From: Thermoanaerobaculia bacterium
Lineage (GTDB): Bacteria; Acidobacteriota; Thermoanaerobaculia; Multivoradales; DATKCC01
Assembly (NCBI GenBank): GCA_033762835.1
Contig: JANRLG010000305.1
Coordinates: 23,508 to 87,507, forward strand
Reading direction: 5' to 3'
DNA: 64,000 bases
Shown here: positions 9,944 through 18,809 of the stretch, one piece after another
Layout of the letters: each line of letters begins with the position of its first letter
How positions within the stretch are numbered: position 1 is the stretch's first letter
Notes under the pieces: generated by a model
Database searches by the model: none
Told to the model about the DNA's origin: nothing
What the model saw: only the letters and a program-made list of their open reading frames with translations
Made by a program: the position numbers and the translations under genes

Positions 9944-10197
9944 GAGCGGGGTACTCCGTTCTCGTCATAACCGAGGATCTCGGCCGCGGAGCGCGGGTCT
10001 CGCACCGGCAACCGAGAACAGTGCAGAGCGACCTCGTCCAGTTGGTCCGCCAGGGAGCGTCGAGGAGCGGCTTGCCGGACCGCGGCGAGGCGTTCGCTGA
10101 GAGCACGAGTGACGGCGCCGGTCTTGGTCTCGCCGGTCAAGAGGGCTAGCTCCTCCGCGAGCTTCTCCGTGTCGTGGTTGCGGATGTTGAGTGCCAT
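9937..10197 (-). CDS. vapB: VapB/FitA-like antitoxin
   Basis: 86 aa from 'MALNIRNHDTEKLAEELALLTGETKTGAVTRAL'. Overlaps the vapC start. Confidence 0.7.
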   Translation of the reverse strand: MALNIRNHDTEKLAEELALLTGETKTGAVTRALSERLAAVRQAAPRRSLADQLDEVALHCSRLPVRDPRSAAEILGYDENGVPRSW

Positions 10198-10252
10198 CGT
10201 GTGTCTCCTGTGTAGCGTTCGATCTACACAGTAGACATCGCCGTCGCCGAGG

Positions 10253-10924
10253 TCAAGTGCCGGCCCGGCGGGATCGTTGCCCGAAGAACAACCAGTGCCG
10301 CCGGCCGTGGCTGTCGGCGCGTTCACAGTTCGCGGCGAAGCCGGCGCGGGTGAGGCGTTCGGTGAACTCCGGGCAGGGCTCGGCGGACCACACCGCGAGC
10401 ACACCGCCGGGGGCCAGGCTGGCGAGCAGGTGCGTGAGGCCCTGGGGCGAATACAGCTCGCCGTTGGTCGGTAAGGTGAAGGCCCACGGGCCGTTGTCGA
10501 CGTCGAGCAGAATGGCGTCGAAGGGCTCGTCGCTGGGCAGCAGCCGGCGCAGGTCGCAACGCTCGAGCCGCACGCGCGGATCGTCCAACGGGTGTCCGGT
10601 CAACTCTCCGAGCCACTGCCGGTGAGCGTCCACGACCAGCTCGAAGAACTCGCAGACGACCAGCTGGGCGCCCGGCGGAGAGGCGTCGAGGGCCGCGCGC
10701 AGGGTGTAGCCGCAGCCGAGGCCGCCGACCAACAGTCGCGGGTTGGGATGTCCAGCGAGGCGGGCGCAGGCCCGCTCGGCGAGGGCTCGCTCCGAGCCGT
10801 GGGCACGGGAGCTCATCAGCTCCTGGCCATCGAGCATCAGCCGGTAGATCCCGTCGCGACGGGTCAGAACCAGCGCGGTGCCGTCCGGGGTCGTGGTTCG
10901 AGCGAGTGTTTCGAGGGGTTTCAT
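10253..10924 (-). CDS. spermidine-synthase-like / class I SAM-dependent methyltransferase
   Basis: 223 aa. 'LVGGLGCGYTLRA...ILLDVDNGP' Rossmann-type motifs. Confidence 0.5.
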   Translation of the reverse strand: MKPLETLARTTTPDGTALVLTRRDGIYRLMLDGQELMSSRAHGSERALAERACARLAGHPNPRLLVGGLGCGYTLRAALDASPPGAQLVVCEFFELVVDAHRQWLGELTGHPLDDPRVRLERCDLRRLLPSDEPFDAILLDVDNGPWAFTLPTNGELYSPQGLTHLLASLAPGGVLAVWSAEPCPEFTERLTRAGFAANCERADSHGRRHWLFFGQRSRRAGT

Positions 10925-10965
10925 GGCTGGGTCTCGAGACTATCCGAGACCCAGCCGAGGGAGGG

Positions 10966-11298
10966 TCACAGGGGCGACGGCGGATCCGTGTCAGCGGGCA
11001 GCGACTCGTAGCAGCCCGTGGGACCGGCCTGGCAGTTGACGCCCGGCGTCCACCAACAGAACCCGAAGTGCTGGGCGTTCTGGACCAACTCGATGACGCC
11101 GTAGCGGCAGTCTTCGGGGGTCCGATAGGGATCGGAGATGCCGACTTCGAAACGCCCGTCGCAGTCGTAGTCGTACTGGATCACCGCGTAGTACTTGCAC
11201 ACTTGGGGACCGACGATCGGACGGGCGGCTTGGGACGGCACCGCGGCCGCGACGAAACCGAGCAGGGCGAGGGCGGAAAGCAGCAAACGTCGAGACAT
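10966..11298 (-). CDS. small secreted Cys-rich protein
   Basis: 110 aa. Signal peptide 'MSRRLLLSALALLGFVAAAVPSQA' then 8 Cys. This is the only coding-like part of the 1059-aa minus-strand ORF. Confidence 0.5.
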   Translation of the reverse strand: MSRRLLLSALALLGFVAAAVPSQAARPIVGPQVCKYYAVIQYDYDCDGRFEVGISDPYRTPEDCRYGVIELVQNAQHFGFCWWTPGVNCQAGPTGCYESLPADTDPPSPL

Positions 11299-11408
11299 CT
11301 TTTTCTCTCCTTGGTTCCTGGTTTGGAAGGCGCATCGCCCGGTTCGCCTGCCGATGGTTCGAGGCGCGTTCGACCTCCGAAGTCCCTCATCGAAGTTGAA
11401 AAATGCTA

Positions 11409-11438
11409 TTGCAGCTTGCATCCTGCTCGAACTATGCT
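11409..11438 (+). promoter_or_regulatory. possible sigma70-like promoter for the PKD-protein gene
   Basis: 'TTGCAG'-N18-'TATGCT' in an AT-richer intergenic stretch ~25 nt upstream of the start at 11464. Confidence 0.25.
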
Positions 11439-11463
11439 CCGGCGGCAAATTCGAGGAGGAGCC

Positions 11464-13971
11464 ATGGCGGGAACTGGGTGGGTGTTTCAGGGTTCGACGA
11501 CGATCGTCTTCGGCCTCGGCCTTGCTCTGGGGGCCGCGGCAGGGGCACAGCCCGCGGTGTGCATCGACGGCAATCAAGGGGCCAGCGCGCCGCCCGCGGC
11601 CTTGTGGGGCGAGCTCCAGCCCGGCGTACCCGGTCGCCTGCCGGCGTCTCGGGACTCCACGAACTACACCGGGCAGCAGTTGCCCGACGCGCTCTACCCG
11701 AACTTCTCCTCTTTGGACCTCGAAAATGGCTGGGTGTTCGTGAGCTACTCGCTGGGAGTCCAGATCTGGGACGCCCGTGGGGTGCGCGAGGCCGATCCTG
11801 TCCTCATGGCCGAGCGCGACGCCAAACGGTGCGGCGACTTTCTGGAACCGCCCTTCACCTGCGGGCGCGACGGCACCGGCGAGGCTCGTTGGTCGGTGTG
11901 GGACATCGATGCGCCGGAAGGCAAGGACGACGTCGTGGCGGCCTTCGGTCGGGCGCCCCTGGGCGTCACGATCTGGAACAGCGCCCAGAAGTCCAATCTC
12001 GAGCCGAAGTATCAGGACACCGCGGCCAACTTCTACGCCGGCTGGGCGGTCACGATCGGCGGGCGCGACTACGCCTTCGCCGCCGCGGACGGCACCAACG
12101 GGCTCGACGGCCTCGTGGTCTACGACCTGACGACGGCCAAGAACCTGGTCACGCCGTGCCTCGAAAACTCGGCGGTGACCACGGCTTGTGGGGTCCGGCG
12201 GAACCGGTTCGCCCCCGGCGCTCCAGCCTTCTACGTCGATGGCTTTCGGCATGGGGACGGCCGGACCTTCCTGGTCCACTCCGGCCGGGTCTCGGCCCGT
12301 GGCCTCGAGTTGTGGGACGTTTCGGACCCGGCAGCACCGACCAACCTGCGGGCGGGCGGAGGTCGTTTCCTGGCGAGCCGGATCGTCCACGGGGTCGCGC
12401 TCTGGCAGGAAGGCTCGCGGAGCTTTCTCGCGGCCTGGTTCTTCGAGCCTAAGGCGAACGAGTACGCGGCCGAGCTGTTCGACCTCACCTCGTGCTTGAC
12501 ACCGGTCGGTTGCCGCGAGCTGCCCGCTCCGCTGGCCACCCTGCACCGTGTCGGCCCTGTCGCCGACGAGTACTTCGTCACCTTCTCGCGCGGCACGGGC
12601 GGCACGCCCTACCTCTACTTCGGGCATCAGGGCAAATGCCTGACCGGACGGCAAACGGAGTGGCTCTACGACGTTTCGCCCCTGGCGATCGGCGGCGCTC
12701 CCCACGAGATCACCCCGGACCAGACGATCACCGCGGTGACGGCGACCGAGGGGCCGACCCAGGTCGACTACTGGAGTTATGCCTACGCTCAGAATCCCGG
12801 CGGGTACAGCCAAGTCATGCCGCGGGTGGGCAAGTTTCAGGGCGACCTGTTCTATCGCGCCGCGTGGACGCTGTTCGACACCCACCGGCGGGTGGCCCCG
12901 CGGCTCGACATCGCAGGACCGGCCACGGCGAGCACCGGACAACACCGACGCTTCGTGGCCAGCGCGACCCACTGCCTGCCGGGAGCGACGGGCTGGACGT
13001 GGACCGCCACGGGCGGGGCGAGCGGCGGGGGTTCGGGACCGGAAGCCACGTTCGACTGGCCGGCCGCCGGGACGTTCACGGTCACCGCCCGCCACCCGGC
13101 GTGCTCCACCGGCCTGGGGAGCAAGTCGGTCACGGTAAAAGCTGCCGCCAGCGTGCCGCTGTTGGCCGAGTTCGCGGCCGAAGATTGCGGGGGTTCGCCG
13201 TGCACGGTTCCGGTCGGGACCGCGGTGGAGTTCACGGATTTCTCGGCCGGGATCGTCGCCTCGAGTTCGTTCGCCTACGACTGGAACCACACCGGCGCCA
13301 GCGAGGCGACCTGTCGGTTCGGCTTCGGCAGCACCGAGCCGGCTGCCGCCCACGTTTTCCTGACCGCGGGCGCCTGGACGCCGTGCCTGCGCGTCACTCG
13401 CGGGGCTGCCGAAAGCGACGACTTCGTCTCGGCGCCGATCATCGTCACCGGCGTCAGCCTGCCGTCGCTGGCCTTGAACGGACCGGGAGCCGCGCGGACG
13501 GGGCAAGCCGTAACGCTGACTGCCCTCGCCGAGGGCTGCGCTCCGGGTACCGCGGGTTGGGTCTGGACGGCGCCGGGGGCGGTGTTCGACGGTCCGGCGG
13601 ACCGCTCGAGCGTGCAACTGCGTTGGCCCACGGCCGGCAGCCGCGTCGTCGCCGTGGCGCATCCCCAGTGTCCGGGGGCGTTGGCCAGCCGGCCCGTCAC
13701 GGTCACTGGTTCTTCCTCCGCGGCACTCACGGCGGAGTTCCACTACCGGACGACCGCGCCGCTCACCCTGGCCTTCGAGGGCGCGCTGTCGACCGGTGCC
13801 GGTCGTTTCACTTGGACCTTCCCTGGCGGCGTCCGCAAGTCGGGCCCCTCGGTGCTGCATCGGTTCGCCACCGCGGGGACGTTCCCGGTCACCCTCGAAG
13901 TCCAAGCCGCTGATTGCGGGGCGCCGCCGTGCCCGCTGTCGACAGTGACGCGGAGCGTGCGGGTGGAGTGA
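11464..13971 (+). CDS. large secreted protein with LVIVD-like beta-propeller repeats and three PKD-like domains
   Basis: 835 aa. Shine-Dalgarno AGGAGG then signal peptide. 'GLDGLVVYDLTT' and 'RGLELWDVSDP' LVIVD-type repeats. Three C-terminal ~85-aa repeats with 'W.WT..G' and 'AG.F.VT' PKD-like motifs. Confidence 0.7.
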   Translation: MAGTGWVFQGSTTIVFGLGLALGAAAGAQPAVCIDGNQGASAPPAALWGELQPGVPGRLPASRDSTNYTGQQLPDALYPNFSSLDLENGWVFVSYSLGVQIWDARGVREADPVLMAERDAKRCGDFLEPPFTCGRDGTGEARWSVWDIDAPEGKDDVVAAFGRAPLGVTIWNSAQKSNLEPKYQDTAANFYAGWAVTIGGRDYAFAAADGTNGLDGLVVYDLTTAKNLVTPCLENSAVTTACGVRRNRFAPGAPAFYVDGFRHGDGRTFLVHSGRVSARGLELWDVSDPAAPTNLRAGGGRFLASRIVHGVALWQEGSRSFLAAWFFEPKANEYAAELFDLTSCLTPVGCRELPAPLATLHRVGPVADEYFVTFSRGTGGTPYLYFGHQGKCLTGRQTEWLYDVSPLAIGGAPHEITPDQTITAVTATEGPTQVDYWSYAYAQNPGGYSQVMPRVGKFQGDLFYRAAWTLFDTHRRVAPRLDIAGPATASTGQHRRFVASATHCLPGATGWTWTATGGASGGGSGPEATFDWPAAGTFTVTARHPACSTGLGSKSVTVKAAASVPLLAEFAAEDCGGSPCTVPVGTAVEFTDFSAGIVASSSFAYDWNHTGASEATCRFGFGSTEPAAAHVFLTAGAWTPCLRVTRGAAESDDFVSAPIIVTGVSLPSLALNGPGAARTGQAVTLTALAEGCAPGTAGWVWTAPGAVFDGPADRSSVQLRWPTAGSRVVAVAHPQCPGALASRPVTVTGSSSAALTAEFHYRTTAPLTLAFEGALSTGAGRFTWTFPGGVRKSGPSVLHRFATAGTFPVTLEVQAADCGAPPCPLSTVTRSVRVE

Positions 13972-14055
13972 GGGCCCTTGGACTCGCCGTGCGGCGGGGT
14001 GCCCCCGCACGGTGTTACGCTGCCGGTCTGTCGTTTTCGAGAGAAAGGCAACACC

Positions 14056-14406
14056 GTGCGGGGCTTCACGCTGGTCGAAACCGTCGTCGCGCTGCTTCTC
14101 CTGATGGTGGCGCTGCTGCTGGGGCTCGCCCTGGTGCTCGAGCAACCGCGGGTGGCGCGCCGGCTCGACGGGCAGCTGGCGGCCCTCGAAGCGCTCGAGA
14201 CGACGGTCGAGGCTCTACGCGCCGGAGTGCTGCCGCTCGTCTCGACCGAGCTGCCGGCCACGGAAGTTCGTCCGGCGCGGTCCATCGAGGTCACCCCCGA
14301 CGGCGTCCGGCCCCACTTGTTCCGGGTTCAGGTCCGCGTCCGGTACGTGGTGCTCGGCCGAACCCTGGAGCGCCGTCTCGAAACGCTGATCTGGAGCCCG
14401 CCGTGA
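14056..14406 (+). CDS. prepilin-type N-terminal cleavage/methylation domain protein (pseudopilin / minor pilin)
   Basis: GTG start. 'VRG|FTLVETVVALLLLMVALLLG' is the classic G-F-T-L-[IV]-E signature. Confidence 0.6.
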   Translation: MRGFTLVETVVALLLLMVALLLGLALVLEQPRVARRLDGQLAALEALETTVEALRAGVLPLVSTELPATEVRPARSIEVTPDGVRPHLFRVQVRVRYVVLGRTLERRLETLIWSPP

Positions 14407-14930
14407 AGCGGCAAGGCGGCTTCAGCTTGATCGAGACACTGGTGGCGCTCCTTCTCTTCCTCTTCGGCGTGCTGCTCGCGACCCAACTGCTGCTCGAAAC
14501 CTCGCGCCGCCTGCGCGATGGCTATGCCCGCGATCTCGAGTCGCCGGTAGCGCCCGCGCGGGCGCGCTTGCGGGCGGACCTCGAAGCCGCGGCTCATGGG
14601 CGGTGCGAGCGCGACGCCGAGGGCGTCGCCACCGCCGTGCGTGCCTACGGTCACCCCACCGGCACCGTCGTCTACCAACTGGAAGACGGCATTCTCTGGC
14701 GTTATCTCGAAGCCGAGCCCGCGGCGCGGGCGCGGGTGATCGCGGGCCTCACCGGCTTTGCCTGTGCGGACTCCGGTCCGCTCGTGGGCCTCGAGCTCTC
14801 CGGTCGTCGCCGCGCACTGCGGCGTTCTCCCTTGGTCGGTGCGCCGGGAGACCTGCCCGCGGCGAGCGAACCCTGGGTCGAAACCCTGTGGGTGGCGCCC
14901 CGCGGGGGCGGGCGGGGGAGCGGGTGGTGA
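14403..14930 (+). CDS. prepilin-type pseudopilin / minor pilin
   Basis: GTG start overlapping the previous stop (GTGA). 'KRQGG|FSLIETLVALLLFLFGVLLA'. Confidence 0.6.
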   Translation: MKRQGGFSLIETLVALLLFLFGVLLATQLLLETSRRLRDGYARDLESPVAPARARLRADLEAAAHGRCERDAEGVATAVRAYGHPTGTVVYQLEDGILWRYLEAEPAARARVIAGLTGFACADSGPLVGLELSGRRRALRRSPLVGAPGDLPAASEPWVETLWVAPRGGGRGSGW

Positions 14931-15337
14931 GTCGGCGCCGGGGGGAGCGGGGGCAGGGCTTGCTGACGGCTTTGCTGGTGCTGCTGCTGGTCGCCATCGC
15001 CAGCGCGCTCCTCGCTACCGAGCTGCATCGCCAGCAACGCCAAGTCCGCCAGGAAGCCGGCGGCCTTGAGCTTCGCGCCCTCTCCGACGCCGCTCTCGCC
15101 GAAACCCTCGCCGAGCTGGCCGTGGACCGCAACTTCGCGGGGGTGGTAGAGCACGAGTTCGCCCGTGGGCGGATCGCCAGCACGGTCGAGACTCTCGCCA
15201 GCAACCGCTGGCTCGTCCGTGCCGAAAGTCGATTCGGCCTGCGGGTGCGTGTGGTCGAAGCCGAAGTGCGGCGCAGCGGCACGCAATTGCAGGTGGTCCG
15301 CTGGCGGCGGGTGAGCGCCGCGGAGGCGGAGGAATGA
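14924..15337 (+). CDS. pseudopilin-like protein (GspK/PilX-like N-terminal helix, no Glu5)
   Basis: Start overlaps the previous stop. 'GQGLLTALLVLLLVAIASALLATELHRQ' hydrophobic N-terminus. Confidence 0.4.
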   Translation: MVSRRRGERGQGLLTALLVLLLVAIASALLATELHRQQRQVRQEAGGLELRALSDAALAETLAELAVDRNFAGVVEHEFARGRIASTVETLASNRWLVRAESRFGLRVRVVEAEVRRSGTQLQVVRWRRVSAAEAEE

Positions 15338-15506
15338 GTACGGCGGAACATCGGGGCGCCTTGCGCTGGGCGTTGGGCCAGCGCCGATCTGGCACGAGGG
15401 CTCCCGGTGCACGGTTTTCGGCCAATCCTTCGCCAGCGTGTCTCCGGAGCCGTCACGAGCCGCTACCTGGCCCAGCCGGACCCTTCGGCTACAATAGCCG
15501 GCTCTT

Positions 15507-18500
15507 ATGACCGACCGCCGCTTTCCCGACGTTCCTTCCGGTTACCCCTTTCCCGCCCAGGAGCTCGCGACCCTCGAGTTCTGGCGGCGCGAGCGTGTTT
15601 TCGAGCGTTCGATGGCGAAACCCGCGCCGCGGGGCGAGTGGGTGTTGTTCGAGGGGCCGCCCACGGCCAACAACATTCCCCACGTCGGCCACGTGCCGTC
15701 GCGGGTGGCCAAGGACCTCTTCCCCCGCTTCCGTACGATGCAGGGCCACCACGTGGCGCGCAAGGCAGGTTGGGACACCCATGGTTTGCCGGTCGAGATC
15801 GAAGTGGAGAAGCGCCTCGGGTTCTCGGGCAAACAGCAGATCGAGGCGTTCGGCATCGCCGAGTTCAACCGCGCCTGCCTCGACAGCGTGTCGACCTACG
15901 AGCGGGAGTGGCGCGCCTTCACCGAGCGGCTCGGGTACTGGACGGATCTCGATCACGCCTACTTCACTTACACCAACGAATACATCGAGTCGGTGTGGTG
16001 GTCGCTCTCCGAGTTGTGGAAGAAGAACCTGCTCGCCAAGGGCTACAAGATCCAGCCCTACTGCGCCCGTTGCGGCACGACGTTGTCGTCCCACGAGGTC
16101 GCCCAGAACTACAAGGAAGCGGACGATCCGTCCGTGTGGGTGCTGTTCCCGGCGCGCGCCGGCCAGACTGTGCCTACCGTCGACGGTGAGCCCTGGACGG
16201 TGCCTGCGGGCCTCGAGCTCCTGGCCTGGACGACGACACCGTGGACGTTGCTCGCCCACGTCGGCCTGACGGTCCACCCGGAACTCGTGTACCGCGTCAT
16301 CGAGCACCCGGCCCAGCCCGGCACCACGATCCTCTTTGGTGACAGTCTCGCGGGTGCCGTGCCGCTCGAAATGGACGCCCCCGGGGGCAAACGCCAGCGC
16401 GTCGATCTCCGCGACCAACCGGTCTTGGCCCGCTTCCGCGGTCGCGATCTCGAAGGTCTCCGTTACGACCGCCCGTTCCACCCGCCGGTCGACGGCACCC
16501 CCAACGACGACACCGGCTTCGGCGTGGTGCTCGGCGACTACGTCACGGCCACCGACGGCTCGGGGCTCGTGCACACGGCGCCCCGTTTCGGCGAAGACGA
16601 TTACCAGACGGGCAAGAAGTACGGCCTGCCGCTCCTTGCGACCATCCAACCCGACGGCACGGTGGCGAACCTGCCGGGGCTCGAGGCTTTCGCGGGAATG
16701 TGGTTCAAGGACGCCGATCCCAAGATCCAGCGCGATTTGAAGGACCGCGGCCGGCTGCTGCACGGGGAACGCACCGTGCACAACTATCCGTTCTGCTGGC
16801 GTTGCGACCGTCCGCTGCTGTACTTCGCCACCGAGAGCTGGTTCGTGCGCGTGACCGCGGAGAAGGACCGCCTGATCCGGCTCAACCAGACGATCCACTG
16901 GCACCCCGAGCACGTCGGCGAGGGTCGCTTCGGCAACTGGCTCGAGAACGTGGTCGATTGGGCGCTCTCTCGGCGTCGGTACTGGGGTACGCCCTTGCCC
17001 GTGTGGTTGTGTACCGACTGCCCGGCGAGCTTCGTGCCCGGCTCCTACGCCGAGCTGTTCGCCGAAGCCGGCCGGCCGCTGCCGGAGAACCCTTACGATC
17101 CGGCCCAGTTCAACCCCCACCGGCCCGACGTCGATGCCCTCACTTGGAGCTGCAAGCATTGCGGCACGGGCCGGCTCGAGCGCGTGCCGGACGTCATCGA
17201 CGCCTGGTACGACTCGGGCGCCATGCCCTTCGCTCAGCACCACTACCCGTTCGACAATCGCGAGCTGTTCGCCCAGCAGTTCCCGGCGGATTTGGTCACC
17301 GAGGGCGTCGACCAGACTCGTGGCTGGTTCTACACGCTCCATGTGCTGGGCAGCCTGCTGTTCGACTCCGTGGCTTACAAACATTGCATCGTGCTCGGGC
17401 ACATCAACGACGAGCAGGGCCGCAAGATGTCGAAGCGGCTGGGCAACGTCGTGCAACCCATGGACGTGGTGGCGGAGACCGGGGCGGACGCCCTGCGCTT
17501 CTACCTTTGCGCCGCGAACCCGGAGCTGACCTCACGCTTCTCGGCGCGCCTGGTGCGCGAGAGTGCCCAGGGTTACCTCCTGCCGCTGTGGAACGCCCTG
17601 TCCTTCTTCACGATCTACGCGAACCTCGACGGCTGGCGCCCCGGCCAGGCCGCGGTGATCCCCTTCGAGCGCCGCCCGGCCCTCGACCGCTGGGTGTTGC
17701 TCGCCCTCGACCGCACGGCGGAGACGGTGACCGCGGCGCTCGAGGCGTTCTCCATCGTGGACGCCGCCCGCGGCCTCGAAGGCTTCCTGGACGGCTTGAC
17801 CAACTGGTACATCCGGCGCAGCCGGGGCCGCTTCTGGAGCGCCACGGGCGACGGGGGCGAGGACAAAGAAAGCGCCTACCAGACGCTGTACGAGGTGCTG
17901 ACGGCCTTCGCCCGGCTGACGGCGCCAATCACGCCGTTCGTGGCCGAAGAGCTGCACAGTCGCCTCGAGCGGAGCCAGGGCCGCGGTGCCGACAGCGTCC
18001 ACCTCGAAGACTGGTTCGCCGGGCTCGGTGCCGAACGGTCGGACCCGACGCTCGAGCGCGCCATGGCGGCGGTGCAACGGATCGTCCGGCTCGGTCACGC
18101 GGCGCGTAACGTTCACTCGTTGAAGACGCGCCAACCCCTGGCCGCGGTCACCTTGGTGACGGCAGACCGCGACTTGCCCGGGTTGATCGAGCCCTACGCC
18201 GACATCCTGCGCGAGGAGTTGAACGTCAAGGCGATCGCCTGGGCCGCCGATCGGGGCGAATACGTGACCTCCGAGGTCAAACCGATCTTCCCCAAACTCG
18301 GGCCCCGTTTCGGCAAACGCATGAAGGACTTGGCGGCGGCCCTCGCGGCGGCCGACGGCGATGGGCTGGCGGGGACTCTCGAGCGCGAGGGCGCGATCGA
18401 CGTCACCTTGGCCGATGGCGAAACCGTGCGCCTGGTCGCCGACGAGCTCGAAATCCGCCTGACCGAACGGGCCGGCACGGCCACCCAGGGGGATCGCGAG

Positions 18501-18809
18501 CTGCTGGTGGCGCTCGACACGACCTTGACTCCGGAACTCGTCGCCGAGGGCTTGGCGCGCGAGGTGGTCAACCGCCTCCAGACCGCCCGCAAGGACGCCG
18601 ATCTCGACTACGCCGACCGCATCCGCGTCGCCTACCGCGCCGACGGCGAGCTGACGGCGGTGATCGCGAGCCACCACGACTGGATCGCGGGTGAAACGCT
18701 GGCGCTCGAGCTGACGCCCGCCGCCGCCGGAACGGACCTGAAGCCGGCCGCGATCGAAGAACACGACTTCGCCTTTGCCCTGGAACGGGTTCGACCCCGG
18801 GAGACCTGA
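15507..18809 (+). CDS. ileS: isoleucine--tRNA ligase (type 2)
   Basis: 1100 aa. 'PTANNIPHVGH' (HIGH) and 'KMSKRLGN' (KMSKS) motifs. 'ALSRRRYWG' editing/CP1 region. Confidence 0.95.
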   Translation: MTDRRFPDVPSGYPFPAQELATLEFWRRERVFERSMAKPAPRGEWVLFEGPPTANNIPHVGHVPSRVAKDLFPRFRTMQGHHVARKAGWDTHGLPVEIEVEKRLGFSGKQQIEAFGIAEFNRACLDSVSTYEREWRAFTERLGYWTDLDHAYFTYTNEYIESVWWSLSELWKKNLLAKGYKIQPYCARCGTTLSSHEVAQNYKEADDPSVWVLFPARAGQTVPTVDGEPWTVPAGLELLAWTTTPWTLLAHVGLTVHPELVYRVIEHPAQPGTTILFGDSLAGAVPLEMDAPGGKRQRVDLRDQPVLARFRGRDLEGLRYDRPFHPPVDGTPNDDTGFGVVLGDYVTATDGSGLVHTAPRFGEDDYQTGKKYGLPLLATIQPDGTVANLPGLEAFAGMWFKDADPKIQRDLKDRGRLLHGERTVHNYPFCWRCDRPLLYFATESWFVRVTAEKDRLIRLNQTIHWHPEHVGEGRFGNWLENVVDWALSRRRYWGTPLPVWLCTDCPASFVPGSYAELFAEAGRPLPENPYDPAQFNPHRPDVDALTWSCKHCGTGRLERVPDVIDAWYDSGAMPFAQHHYPFDNRELFAQQFPADLVTEGVDQTRGWFYTLHVLGSLLFDSVAYKHCIVLGHINDEQGRKMSKRLGNVVQPMDVVAETGADALRFYLCAANPELTSRFSARLVRESAQGYLLPLWNALSFFTIYANLDGWRPGQAAVIPFERRPALDRWVLLALDRTAETVTAALEAFSIVDAARGLEGFLDGLTNWYIRRSRGRFWSATGDGGEDKESAYQTLYEVLTAFARLTAPITPFVAEELHSRLERSQGRGADSVHLEDWFAGLGAERSDPTLERAMAAVQRIVRLGHAARNVHSLKTRQPLAAVTLVTADRDLPGLIEPYADILREELNVKAIAWAADRGEYVTSEVKPIFPKLGPRFGKRMKDLAAALAAADGDGLAGTLEREGAIDVTLADGETVRLVADELEIRLTERAGTATQGDRELLVALDTTLTPELVAEGLAREVVNRLQTARKDADLDYADRIRVAYRADGELTAVIASHHDWIAGETLALELTPAAAGTDLKPAAIEEHDFAFALERVRPRET

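Noticed and set aside
10966-14145. 1059-aa minus-strand ORF
   Set aside because: Only the last 110 codons (signal peptide plus Cys-rich domain) look coding. The rest is an Arg/Gly-rich shadow of the plus-strand PKD-protein gene.
15489-17456. 655-aa minus-strand ORF
   Set aside because: Antisense to ileS, with a low-complexity translation.
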